The translations under genes were made by a program, and so were the position numbers. The notes under the pieces are model-generated. The model did not search any database and had not been told where the DNA came from. It saw only the letters and a list, made by a program, of their open reading frames with translations. Positions 20,474 through 31,700 of a stretch of 64,000 bases of DNA are shown one piece after another; positions within the stretch are counted from its first letter, which is position 1; each line of letters starts with the position of its first letter. The DNA comes from Planctomycetota bacterium. GTDB taxonomy: Bacteria; Planctomycetota; PLA2; JAEUHO01. Where the stretch lies: NCBI GenBank assembly GCA_050248855.1, contig JBFWRP010000003.1, positions 32,001-96,000 of the forward strand, written 5' to 3'.

Positions 20474-21878
20474 GGCTGGGTCCCTCGGCTCCCGGTCGCC
20501 GTCGCGTCCGCGCTCGGCGCGTCGGATCCTACTTGCCGCGTGGGTCGGCCGCGGGCTCGTGCTGGCGGCGCTCCTCCTGGCCGTGCCGCGGGCCGCCTCG
20601 GCGGAGGAGGTGGGGCCGGCGGCCTTCCCGGACGCGGAGCGCGCCGCCGCGGCGCTGGCGAGCACGAACGAGGCCCGCCGAGCGGCCGCCCGTGCGGCGC
20701 TGCGGACCGTCGACATCCCCGCGGATCGCACCACGCGTGTCGCGCGGGCGCTGTCCCGCGCGCTGTCCGTCGCTCGCGACACCGACCGCCCCGACGAGCG
20801 ACTCGAGCTCGTCGACCTCTTGACCCGCGTCGACGACGCCCTCGCGCTGGAGGCGCTGCTGGCCCATCTGGATCCCGAGGAGGAGCCCGACGAGCGGATC
20901 TGGGCGGCGGCGGTGGACGGGATCGCGCGTCGTGCCGACGATGCCGCGCTCGCCCGCGCGCTGGTCACGTCGGTCGCCGACGAGGATGCGCCCCCGCTCG
21001 CGCGTGCCCTGCGCTTGGAGCTGCTGGGCGCGCTGCACCATCCGGCCGCCACGCTGCGCCTGCTCCTGCCGCGCGCCGGCGAGACGTGGCCCGAGGCCGC
21101 GACGCGGGCGCGGGCCTTGGCCAGGCAACCCACACCCGAGCGGCTCGAGGGGCTGGTCACGCTGTTGGGTCACGAGGCCCTGGGCGTGCGTCGCGTCGCG
21201 TGGGAGGGGCTCTCGCGCGCCACGGGCTGGAACCTCGCCGCCGAACGCGAGGTCTGGGAAGAGGCGTTTCGCACACCGCCCGAGGACGATGCGGAGGCCG
21301 GTCGCTACGCCAAGGCACGGCCTGTACACGTCCCGCACTACTACGGCATCCCGATCCCGCGGCCCGGCAGTGCCGTCGTGTTCTGCCTGGACGTGAGCCA
21401 GAGCATGTACGGCCGCGGCATCGACTTGGCCCGCGCGCACCTGCACCGCACGATCCACGACCTGCCCGCATCGCATCGCTTCGCGATCGCCGCGTTCCAC
21501 ACCGGCGTCCGCGTGTTCGCCGACCGGCTCGTGGAGTCGCACCCCGTGCAGAAGGCGCGCGCGCTGGCTTGGCTCGACGCGCTCGACACGACCGCCTACA
21601 CGAACATGATCGAGGCGCTGGACTGGGCCTACGGGCTGGCAGGGCGGGGGCCCTTGGCGCGCGACCCGGCCGAGACGCTCGATGCCGTGTTCCTGCTGAG
21701 CGACGGCGCGCCCAACCGGGGCCGCATCACGGACGGCAAGCGGTTGGTCGAGGCCGTGCGGGCGTATGCCGGGGGGGACCTGCCCCTCAACACCATTGGC
21801 GCCGGCGAGGAGGTCTTCCCGCTGCTCCAGGGCATGGCCGCGGCGGGCGGGGGGACGTTCGTGGACGCCTTCGAGTAG
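20472..21878 (+). CDS. HEAT-repeat + von Willebrand factor A domain protein (start uncertain, could be the GTG at 20559)
   Basis: MIDAS motif LDVSQSM, TNMIEAL and FLLSDGAPN; N-terminal hydrophobic signal and helical repeats. Confidence 0.8.
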   Translation: MAGSLGSRSPSRPRSARRILLAAWVGRGLVLAALLLAVPRAASAEEVGPAAFPDAERAAAALASTNEARRAAARAALRTVDIPADRTTRVARALSRALSVARDTDRPDERLELVDLLTRVDDALALEALLAHLDPEEEPDERIWAAAVDGIARRADDAALARALVTSVADEDAPPLARALRLELLGALHHPAATLRLLLPRAGETWPEAATRARALARQPTPERLEGLVTLLGHEALGVRRVAWEGLSRATGWNLAAEREVWEEAFRTPPEDDAEAGRYAKARPVHVPHYYGIPIPRPGSAVVFCLDVSQSMYGRGIDLARAHLHRTIHDLPASHRFAIAAFHTGVRVFADRLVESHPVQKARALAWLDALDTTAYTNMIEALDWAYGLAGRGPLARDPAETLDAVFLLSDGAPNRGRITDGKRLVEAVRAYAGGDLPLNTIGAGEEVFPLLQGMAAAGGGTFVDAFE

Positions 21879-21939
21879 CCGGCGACGTGGGGGCGGCGGA
21901 AGTTCACCTCCCCGGGCGAATCGGCCTACCTTCGCGCCC

Positions 21940-23056
21940 ATGACCACGGCCGCCGACGTCCGCAAGACCCTCCTCGACCTGCGCGAGCGCTTCGACCAGG
22001 TCCGGGGGCGTCTTTGACCTCTCCGCACGACGCGCCGAGCGGAACGACCTCGAAGCGAGGATGAGTGAGCAGGGGTTCTGGGACGACGCCGAGTCGGCCC
22101 AGAAGACCGTCGAGCGCCTGCGCTCGGTGAAGGCCGTGCTCGAGCCCTGGGAGCGGTTCGAGCCGCGGCTGGCCGACGCCGAGGCGCTGCTCGAGCTGGC
22201 CGAGGAAGAGAACGACGCGGGCACGGTCGCCGAGTGCGCCGGGGAGGCGGAAGGGCTCGCGAGCGACCTCGACGGCCTCGAGCTGAAGGCCATGCTGTCG
22301 GGCCCGCTCGATGCGAAGAACGCGTATCTGCAAGTGCAGGCCGGAGCCGGCGGCACGGAGTCGTGCGACTGGGCCGAGATGCTGCTGCGCATGTACATGC
22401 GCTGGGCCGAGCGCGAGGGCTTCAGCGTCGAGGAGATCGACCGCCACGAGAACGAGGAAGCGGGCATCCGCGGCGCGACCGTCGAGATCAAGGGGCCCTA
22501 CGTGTACGGCTGGCTGAAGAGCGAGGCCGGCGTGCACCGCCTCGTGCGCATCAGTCCGTTCGATGCGCAGAGCCGTCGGCAGACGACCTTCGCGTCCGTC
22601 GATGTGACGCCCGTGGCCGACGAGACCGTGGAGCTCGAGATCCGCGATGCCGACCTCGAGATCGAGACGTACCGCGCCGGAGGCGCGGGCGGCCAGCACG
22701 TGAACAAGACCGAGTCCGCCGTGCGCATCCGCCACGTGCCGACCGGGGTGGTGGCCGCCTGCCAGAACGAGCGCAGCCAGCACCGCAACCGGAAGATGGC
22801 CATGCAGATGCTCAAGGCCAAGCTGCTGCGTCTGGAAGAAGACAAGCGCAACGAGGACGCGGCCAACCGCTACGACGAGAAGGGCGAGATCGCCTGGGGC
22901 AGCCAGATCCGCAGCTACGTGCTCCACCCCTACCAGCTCGTCAAGGACCACCGCACCGACCACGAGACGGGCAACATCCAAGCCGTCCTCGACGGCGACC
23001 TGATGCCCTTCATGGAAGCGCGCCTCAAGCAGCAGATGGGCGACGGCGCGGCGTAA
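21940..23056 (+). CDS. prfB: Peptide chain release factor 2 with programmed +1 frameshift
   Basis: First ORF MTTAAD...RGRL ends at CTT TGA C (22012-22018) with an SD-like GGGGG at 22004-22008; the +1 frame carries SPF and GGQ. Confidence 0.97.
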
Positions 23057-23066
23057 GGCCGGCCGG

Positions 23067-23158
23067 CGAACCGCGCCCCCTCCGTGTCAGTTCTTCATGC
23101 CGACGGCAAAGCCCGTACGGAGGCGGCGCCGCGGCAAGGGATCTGGCCCATCCGGGTT
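23067..23158. repeat. Short mosaic REP-like element, copy 3
   Basis: CGAACCGCGCCCCCTnCGTGTCAG shared with 10512; AAAGCCCGTACGGAGGCGG shared with 15248; GCGCCGCGGCAAGGG shared with 15464. Confidence 0.75.
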
Positions 23159-23160
23159 CG

Positions 23161-24096
23161 CTACTTGAACACGCTGTAGTCGTACGGGTCGGGCTGGTTG
23201 CTCGGCGGCGGCTTCGCGGCATCCACCAAGCGGAACGCCGCGAAGGTTGCAGCGCCGACGAGCACCGTGACCACGGCCGCACGACCGACGAGGGGCAGCG
23301 CCTTCACCCCGACCACCAGCAACGCCACGACGAGGCCCGCCACGAGCGCGGCGACGGCCGTCGCCGGCAGCCCGACGTGGCCCTCGTAGTTGAGGCTCAG
23401 CCACCCGGAGACGCCAAGTGCCACGAAGAGTGCCGAGAGCGGAAGCGCCGCGGCACGCGACGGGGACTCGCCGCCCAGCACGAAACGAACGCCCACGAAC
23501 GTCCCGAGGGCCGCCGCCATCAAACCGGTGGCGCGGCCGAGGATCGCGGAGCTGCCCGCAATCGCCAGCAGCAGGGACAGGCCCGTGAGGCCCACGAGCC
23601 ATGCGATGCCCGCGACATCGAGGCGTGCGTCGTCGCGCCCCGCGCCTGAGGTGAGCCCTGCGAGCAGCGTCGTGACGACGCCCCCCAGGCCCGCGAGCAT
23701 CCAGCGCTCGCCTTCGCCCACGCGGTGGGGGACGAACGGGCCGGCGATCAGCCACGTCGCCAATCCGCCGAGCAGCAGCGCGGCCACGGCACGCCCGAGC
23801 AGCGGCAGCTTCATCGCCTGGCCGATCGCCGCCACCAGGCCCGCGCCGACCGCGATCCACGCCACCCAGAGCCACGCGCTCTCGCCCGCAGCCAAGGGCA
23901 AGCTCGGCCATTGCTCGATCCGGGACAGGCCGGCAGAGAAGGCGCTGGCAAGGCCCAGCGCCACGACCGCCCGGGCCCCGCGCGGTGCGCCTCCGCGCGC
24001 GAGCCCCACGGCCAGCAGCCCCGTCACCGCGGCGATCAGGACCGCCGGCCCGGCGTCGGACGCCGCGGTGACGAGGATCTCTCGAAGATCGGGCAC
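23161..24096 (-). CDS. Hypothetical integral membrane protein
   Basis: About 9-10 hydrophobic segments; directly downstream of the YceI gene. Confidence 0.7.
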   Translation of the reverse strand: MPDLREILVTAASDAGPAVLIAAVTGLLAVGLARGGAPRGARAVVALGLASAFSAGLSRIEQWPSLPLAAGESAWLWVAWIAVGAGLVAAIGQAMKLPLLGRAVAALLLGGLATWLIAGPFVPHRVGEGERWMLAGLGGVVTTLLAGLTSGAGRDDARLDVAGIAWLVGLTGLSLLLAIAGSSAILGRATGLMAAALGTFVGVRFVLGGESPSRAAALPLSALFVALGVSGWLSLNYEGHVGLPATAVAALVAGLVVALLVVGVKALPLVGRAAVVTVLVGAATFAAFRLVDAAKPPPSNQPDPYDYSVFK

Positions 24097-24105
24097 GAGC
24101 CGCGC

Positions 24106-24687
24106 CTACTGCGTGTGCGTCGTCGCGAACGCGAGGGTGATGTCGACCTCGTCGCTCAGGACGTTGGTGTCGTAGTTCATGCCGTAGTCGGTGCGGCGGA
24201 TCGAGAACGTGCCGTGGTAGCCGCGGCGGTGGTTGCCCCACGGGTCATCGACCTCGCCCACGAGCTCCATGCGCACGGTCACGGGCCGCGTGATGCCGTG
24301 AAGCGTGAGATCGCCCTCGATGCGGTAGCCGCCCTCGACCTTGGCGACCGTCTTGCTGGCGAAGCGCATCTCGGGGAACTGGGCCACGTTGAAGAAGTCG
24401 GGGCTCCTCAAGTGCTCGTCGCGCTTGCCGTTGCCGGTGTCGACGGACGCCGCCTTCACGGTCATCTGGACGCTGGCCTTGGACAAGTCGGCATCGTCCA
24501 CCGTGACCTTGCCGGAGAACTCGTTGAAGCGCCCGTAGACGTAGCCCACGCCGAGGTGCTTGATCCGGAACACGACGCTGCTGTGGACGGCGTCGATGTC
24601 GTAGGCGGTCGGGGCGGCCAAGGCGGCGCCGGTCACGAGCAGGAGGGCGCCCGCGAAGAGGGGCGCGCGGCGGAGGAGACGGGTCAT
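24106..24687 (-). CDS. yceI: YceI family periplasmic polyisoprenoid-binding protein
   Basis: Signal peptide; YDIDAVHSSVVFRIKH, RDEHLRSPDFF and GDLTLHGIT. Confidence 0.92.
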   Translation of the reverse strand: MTRLLRRAPLFAGALLLVTGAALAAPTAYDIDAVHSSVVFRIKHLGVGYVYGRFNEFSGKVTVDDADLSKASVQMTVKAASVDTGNGKRDEHLRSPDFFNVAQFPEMRFASKTVAKVEGGYRIEGDLTLHGITRPVTVRMELVGEVDDPWGNHRRGYHGTFSIRRTDYGMNYDTNVLSDEVDITLAFATTHTQ

Positions 24688-24755
24688 GGGAGCTCCAAGG
24701 GAGGGAGGGGGCGGACGTCGGCCCGCCGCGACGCACGGTAGGGGGACGAAAAGAC

Positions 24756-24773
24756 TGTTGCAACAATTATACT
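24756..24773. promoter_or_regulatory. Overlapping divergent -10 boxes plus a palindromic operator candidate between yceI and purH
   Basis: TATAAT on the minus strand (24766-24771), TATACT on the plus strand (24768-24773), and a perfect palindrome TGTTGCAACA (24756-24765). Confidence 0.55.
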
Positions 24774-24855
24774 AGGCCCAAGGTCCTGGAGGGCCCTGGA
24801 AACCGGCTTGGCGCGGGGTGGTCGGGCCGTCGGACGCCCTGGGTACACCCCCGCC

Positions 24856-26451
<1,596 letters not shown>

Positions 26452-26613
26452 ATGGCTCGCCAGGACGCGGCGGCAGCCGCGCGCTGTCGTCCTTGCGTGG
26501 GAGGACCACGCGGCGTCCTCCATCGCTTGCTGGCGCCTTCGCCCTGACGACCCGCCTGCGCGTCTTGGCAGGTGGCGATCAGGCGGGCGTGGAGGAATGG
26601 CTGCGGGTGGGCG

Positions 26614-26937
26614 CTAGGCGTTTGCACGGAGGCGCAGGCCCACGTGCTGAGCGCGGAGCTGGGCCTCGACCTGGGCCAGGATGGTGGTGGCGGAGCGGTC
26701 GGGCTTGCCCTGGTGCGTGATCTCGATGGTCTTGGGCAGTCCCCTGGTCTGCGGGTGTTGCCTCTCGAGCTCGCCGCCGGCCAGGAAGGCGAGGTAGGCG
26801 TTGACCTTCTTCACGAGCTCGTCCGCGAGCCTCCGGCTGCCCTTCAACGGGCCGGGTACGACGATGCCCAGGATCACCTCGCCGCGGTCGGGGTCGAGCG
26901 CGAGGCTGTCGAGCGAGTCGGGGTCGTGGACCGTCAC
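26614..26937 (-). CDS. Small hypothetical protein (DUF6572-like)
   Basis: LVKKVNAYLAFLAGGELERQHP pattern; GTG start with TACCTT 9 nt upstream. Confidence 0.6.
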   Translation of the reverse strand: MTVHDPDSLDSLALDPDRGEVILGIVVPGPLKGSRRLADELVKKVNAYLAFLAGGELERQHPQTRGLPKTIEITHQGKPDRSATTILAQVEAQLRAQHVGLRLRANA

Positions 26938-27148
26938 GAGGTGTTCAAGGTAGCGGGGAGCGCGGCAATCCAGGGCGACGGCGGCCGGGGGCGGTACCGT
27001 GCCCCGACGCGGCCACCGACGCGCGCCTCCCTGCGGCCCCGAGGGTTGCGGGGAGCTGGGCCTCGCGGGCCGCTGGCGACACCCTGCGAGGTGGCGCCTG
27101 CCCGGTGCGTGCACCCCTGCCGCGCCCTCGACCCGTGAACGGATGCAC

Positions 27149-28702
27149 ATGAAGCGAGATCCCCTGGGCAAGCGACTGGCCGACTGCCAGCGCGCCATCG
27201 GCTACTGGTTCGCCGACCCCGACCTGCTCGAGACGGCCCTTACGCACAGCTCGTTGCGCTCGCCGGACCGGGCCTGCAACGAGCGCTTGGAGTTCCTCGG
27301 GGACAGCGTGCTCGGGTTGGTGGTCACGGAGGAGCTCTTCCACCTGCTCCCCGAGCACAGCGAGGGCGAGCTCACGCGCATCAAGAGCGCGGTCGTGTCG
27401 CGGCCGGCGTTGCTGGCCACGTCGATGCGCCTGGGTCTGCCCGACTACGCCGACTTCGCGCGCGGCGTGGGCCGTCGGGACCGCCTGCCGCCCAGCGTCA
27501 TCGCCAACCTCGTGGAGAGCGTCATCGGCTCCATCTACCTCGACGCAGGCTTCGACGCGGCGCGCGAGTTCGTGCTGCGCCATCTGGGCGAGACGCTCGA
27601 ACGCGAGCTCGGCGATGAAGGCGTGAAGAACCACAAGAGCCTGCTGCAGCATGAGATCCAGCAGGCCATCAACATCACGCCCGCCTACCGCACGATCGAG
27701 GAAGAGGGGCCGGATCACCGCAAGTCGTTCGTCGTCGCCGTGTTCATCGGCGATCGCGAGTGGGGACGGGCTCCCGGCGGCACCAAGAAGGAGGCCGAGC
27801 AAGAAGCGGCTCGGCAGGCGCTCGAGGCGTGGCGCGCTCGCGAGCTCGGCGACGCGGAGGACCCGCTCGAGCGCGAGCCCTCGCGTGAGCCGGAGGAGGT
27901 GTTCGACGCCACGCCGGAGGCCGAGCCGACCGAGCAGGCCGAGGCCTCGGCCGAGGACACCGGCGAGGAGGCCGCGGGGCGCCGTCGCCGTCGTCGCGGT
28001 CGCCGCGGCCGCGTCCGCGAGGACGCCCCGGCAGCGCTCGATGCCCCGGCAGCGATGGAGGCGGCCGAGCACGTCGCTGACGAGGACACCGCCGAGGAGG
28101 TCAGCGAGGACACCCCCGAGGAGGTCACCGAGCACACCGCCGAGGACGAGCCGCAGGCGGCTCCCTCCGCCGCTCCGATCCTCTTGGACCCCGCCGCCAC
28201 GTTCGACCTGTTGCTGGAGGTCCAGCGCCAGCGAACGCCCCGCCGCCGGGGGCAGCACCGGCCCACGCCCGAAGCGGCCAAGGCGCTGTTCCAGGAGGAT
28301 CCGGACAACGCGAGGATGCGCCGCCGTCCCCCGGAGGAGCCTCGGGCCCCGCGCGAGGGCGCTCGCCCCGAGCCGGCTCCCGCTCCGGTCGCAGCCCCCG
28401 CGTCGCCGCCGACACCGGTCGAGCCGGCCAAGCCTGAGCCCGCCCCCGACGACTTCGCCGCGGGCCTCTTCGAAGAATCGAGGAAGGCCAAGGCCAAGCC
28501 TGCTGCGAAGGCCAGGTCGGCTGCGCGCGAGGAAGCGTCCGTCGAGCAGGCCAAGCCGCGGCGCGCGCGCCGGCGACGCGATCCCGGAGCGGACGAGGGC
28601 GAAGCGCCCCAGCAGCCCCCGGAGAACGCCCCCCCCGCAAGCGGCGAGGCGCCCGCACCTGCCGCCCGCGAAGACGACGACTTTTCCGCCGGCATCGTCT
28701 GA
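27149..28702 (+). CDS. rnc: Ribonuclease III with a long disordered C-terminal extension
   Basis: ALTHSS, NERLEFLGDSVL and dsRBD (GPDHRKSF...KKEAEQEAA), followed by a ~290-aa low-complexity tail. Confidence 0.93.
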   Translation: MKRDPLGKRLADCQRAIGYWFADPDLLETALTHSSLRSPDRACNERLEFLGDSVLGLVVTEELFHLLPEHSEGELTRIKSAVVSRPALLATSMRLGLPDYADFARGVGRRDRLPPSVIANLVESVIGSIYLDAGFDAAREFVLRHLGETLERELGDEGVKNHKSLLQHEIQQAINITPAYRTIEEEGPDHRKSFVVAVFIGDREWGRAPGGTKKEAEQEAARQALEAWRARELGDAEDPLEREPSREPEEVFDATPEAEPTEQAEASAEDTGEEAAGRRRRRRGRRGRVREDAPAALDAPAAMEAAEHVADEDTAEEVSEDTPEEVTEHTAEDEPQAAPSAAPILLDPAATFDLLLEVQRQRTPRRRGQHRPTPEAAKALFQEDPDNARMRRRPPEEPRAPREGARPEPAPAPVAAPASPPTPVEPAKPEPAPDDFAAGLFEESRKAKAKPAAKARSAAREEASVEQAKPRRARRRRDPGADEGEAPQQPPENAPPASGEAPAPAAREDDDFSAGIV

Positions 28703-28717
28703 GCGCACGCGCCCTGC

Positions 28718-31700
28718 GTGGGCGCCTGTCCCGACGTGCCGGCCGGGCCGCTGCCGACCATGGCTCCGTGGCCGCTGCCTCCCTTGGCTCCGACCCGCCC
28801 CGCGTCCACCTCACCTGATCCCGCGCTGCCCTGGTGGGAGCGTCTGGGCCGGGAGCGGTCCGTCCACGTCGGCGGGCTGACGGGCGCGGCGCTCGGCCGC
28901 TTCCTCGCGGGTGCGCTCGACGCGCCCCAGGCCAAGGCGCGCGTGCTCCTCGTCGTCGTGCCCGACGCCGCACGCGGCGATGCCGTGCGGTTGGATGTCG
29001 AGGCCTTCCTCGGCGTGCCGGCGCACCCCTTCCCCGTCTGGCCGTCGCTCTCCGGTCGCGAGGCGCCGGACACGGATGTCGTGGTGCGGCGAGCACGCGT
29101 GCTCGAGGTGCTGCGCGCGGCCCGGCCCGAGCGGCCCGTCGTGGTGGTGGCGCCCTTGGCCGCCTTGGTGCAGGAGGTGCCCTCGCCGGCGGCGTTCGCC
29201 GCCGCGCACGTGCGCCTGGCGCCGGGCAGCGTCCGCCCGCTCGACGTGCTGCTCGAACACTTCGCGCACGCGGGCTTGGCACGCGTGGGGGCCGTCGAAG
29301 GCCCCGGCGAGATGGCCGTTCGGGGCGGTGTGCTCGACGTCTGGACCTTTGCCGCGCGTGGGCCCTGGCGCCTGGACTTCTTCGGCGACGAGATCGAGAG
29401 CATCCGCGAGCTCGATCCGGCGACGCAGCGAAGCGGCGAAGAGCAAGACGCGATCGAGCTGCTCGTGCTCCCCCCCGAGCACCTGCGCGACCCCGTGGAC
29501 GCCGAACACCCGTGCTCCCTGCTCGATCACCTGCCGGACGACGCACCCGTCGCCCTGGTCGAGCAGGAGGCGCTGGTCGGTGCCGCCACCACGTTGGGTG
29601 CGGGTGCGGGATCGGGCGGTGCGGCAAGCAGCTCGGGCGCGGAGCGCGTTCAGCGTCTGGAGGCCGCCCTGGCGGCGCGGCGCACGTGGGTCCTCGGGCC
29701 CGACCCGGTGGCCACGAACCACGGCATCGACGTGGGGGCAGGGAGTCTCGAGCGCTTGCGCGGCGCGGGCCTCCGCGGGGTGGGACCGCGGGGCCACGAC
29801 CATGCCAAGCAGCTGGCGGAGACGCTGCGCGACGTACTTGCCAAGCATCGCGAGGTGGTCGTGTTCCGGCGCGCCGACGGTGAGCAAGAGCGACTGGAGG
29901 AGCTGCTGACGGAGCAGGGCGTCCTCGGTCGCCCCACGTGGCGCCACGGCTCGCTCTCGCGCTCGTTCACGTGGCCGCCTACCGACACGGCGTACGTCGC
30001 CTACGACGACCTCGTGGACCTGCCGCTTCGCGATCGACGCACGCAGGAGCTCGAACGGCGCAGCCGGCCGGTCGAGGACTTCCTCGAGCTGCAGCCCGGC
30101 GGCCTCGTCGTGCATCGCCACCACGGCATCGGCCTGTTCCACGGCCTGACCACCATCGCGGGCCCGGACGGCCCGGGCGACTTCCTGGAGCTGGGGTTCG
30201 CCGAGGGCACGCGCGTCTTCGTGCCCGTCCACCGCATCGATCTCGTGCAGCGCTACGTCGGCACGGGCCGCACGCCGAAGCTGAGCAAGCTCGGCGGCAC
30301 GGAGTGGGCCAAGCGCACCAAGAAGGTCGCCGAGGCCGTCGAAGAGCTCGCGGTCGAGCTCTTGGCCACGCAGGCCAAGCGCGCCGATCGCCAGGGGCCG
30401 CCGCTGGGGCCCGACGGCCCTTGGCAGCACGAGCTCGAGAGCGCGTTCGGCCACGACGACACGCCCGACCAGGTGGCGGGCGTCCGGGCCATCAAGCAAG
30501 ACCTCGAGGGCGAGAGGCCCATGGACCGGCTGCTCTGCGGCGACGTGGGCTACGGCAAGACCGAGGTCGCGCTGCGCGCCGTCTTCAAGGTGCTCGCGGC
30601 CGGTCGCCAAGCCGCCATCCTCGTGCCCACGAAAGTGCTCGCGCAGCAGCACATGCGCACGTTCCGGGCCCGCTTCGCGCCGTATCCGTTCGAAGTCGCC
30701 GCCCTGACCAGCCTCGAGGGCGGCGCGGCCAACCGCCAGACGATCCGCGACATGGCCGAGGGGCGCGTGGACCTCGTGATCGGCACCCATCGCCTGCTCG
30801 GCAAGGACGTCAAGTTCCAGAAGCTCGGACTCGTCGTCGTGGACGAGGAGCAACGCTTCGGCGTGCAGCACAAGGAACGCCTGAAGGGGCTCCGCGCCGA
30901 CGTGGACGTGCTGTCGCTCTCGGCCACGCCGATCCCGCGCACGCTGCACATGGCCCTCCTGGGCTTGCGCGACATCAGCAACCTCACGACGCCGCCGCTC
31001 GGCCGCCACCCCATCGAGACCAAGGTGGCCCGCGAGGAGGACGCCCTGGTGCGCGATGCGCTGCTGCGCGAGCGGGCCCGCGGTGGGCAGATCTTCGTCG
31101 TGAACCCGCGCATCCGGGACCTGCCGCTGGTCGAGCGATGGCTGCTCGACCTCGTGCCCGATCTCGCCATCTCCACCATCCATGGGCGCATGGACAAGCA
31201 GCAGGTCGAGAGCCGGCTCCTGCGCTTCCTCGAGGGTCGCATCGACCTCTTGCTGTCCACGACCGTCATCGAGTCGGGCCTGGACGTAGCCAACGCCAAC
31301 ACGATCGTGATCCGCGATGCGCATCGCTACGGCTTGGCCGAGCTGCACCAGCTGCGCGGCCGGGTCGGCCGCGAGCGCCGTCGCGCACACGCGCTGTTGC
31401 TGGTTCCGCCGGACCAGGGCCTGAAGCCCGAGGCGCGCGAGCGGCTGCGGGCCATCGAGGAGTACAGCGAGCTGGGCGCCGGCTTCCAGATCGCCATGCG
31501 CGACCTGGAGATCCGCGGCGCCGGCAACCTGCTGGGGCCGCAGCAGAGCGGGCACATCGCGGCCGTCGGCTACGACCTGTACTGCCGTTTGCTGGCCGAC
31601 GCGGTGGCGCACGCCAAGGGCCGTCCCGTCTCGCGCCCCAAGCTGGCCGACCTGGGCGTCGAGCTGCCGGGCGGCGTGCCCGCTGGCTACGTGGACGACG

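Noticed and set aside
24688..24855. ZMP/ZTP (pfl) riboswitch upstream of purH
   Set aside because: The conserved GACTGGCG...GCCTGGGC elements were not found
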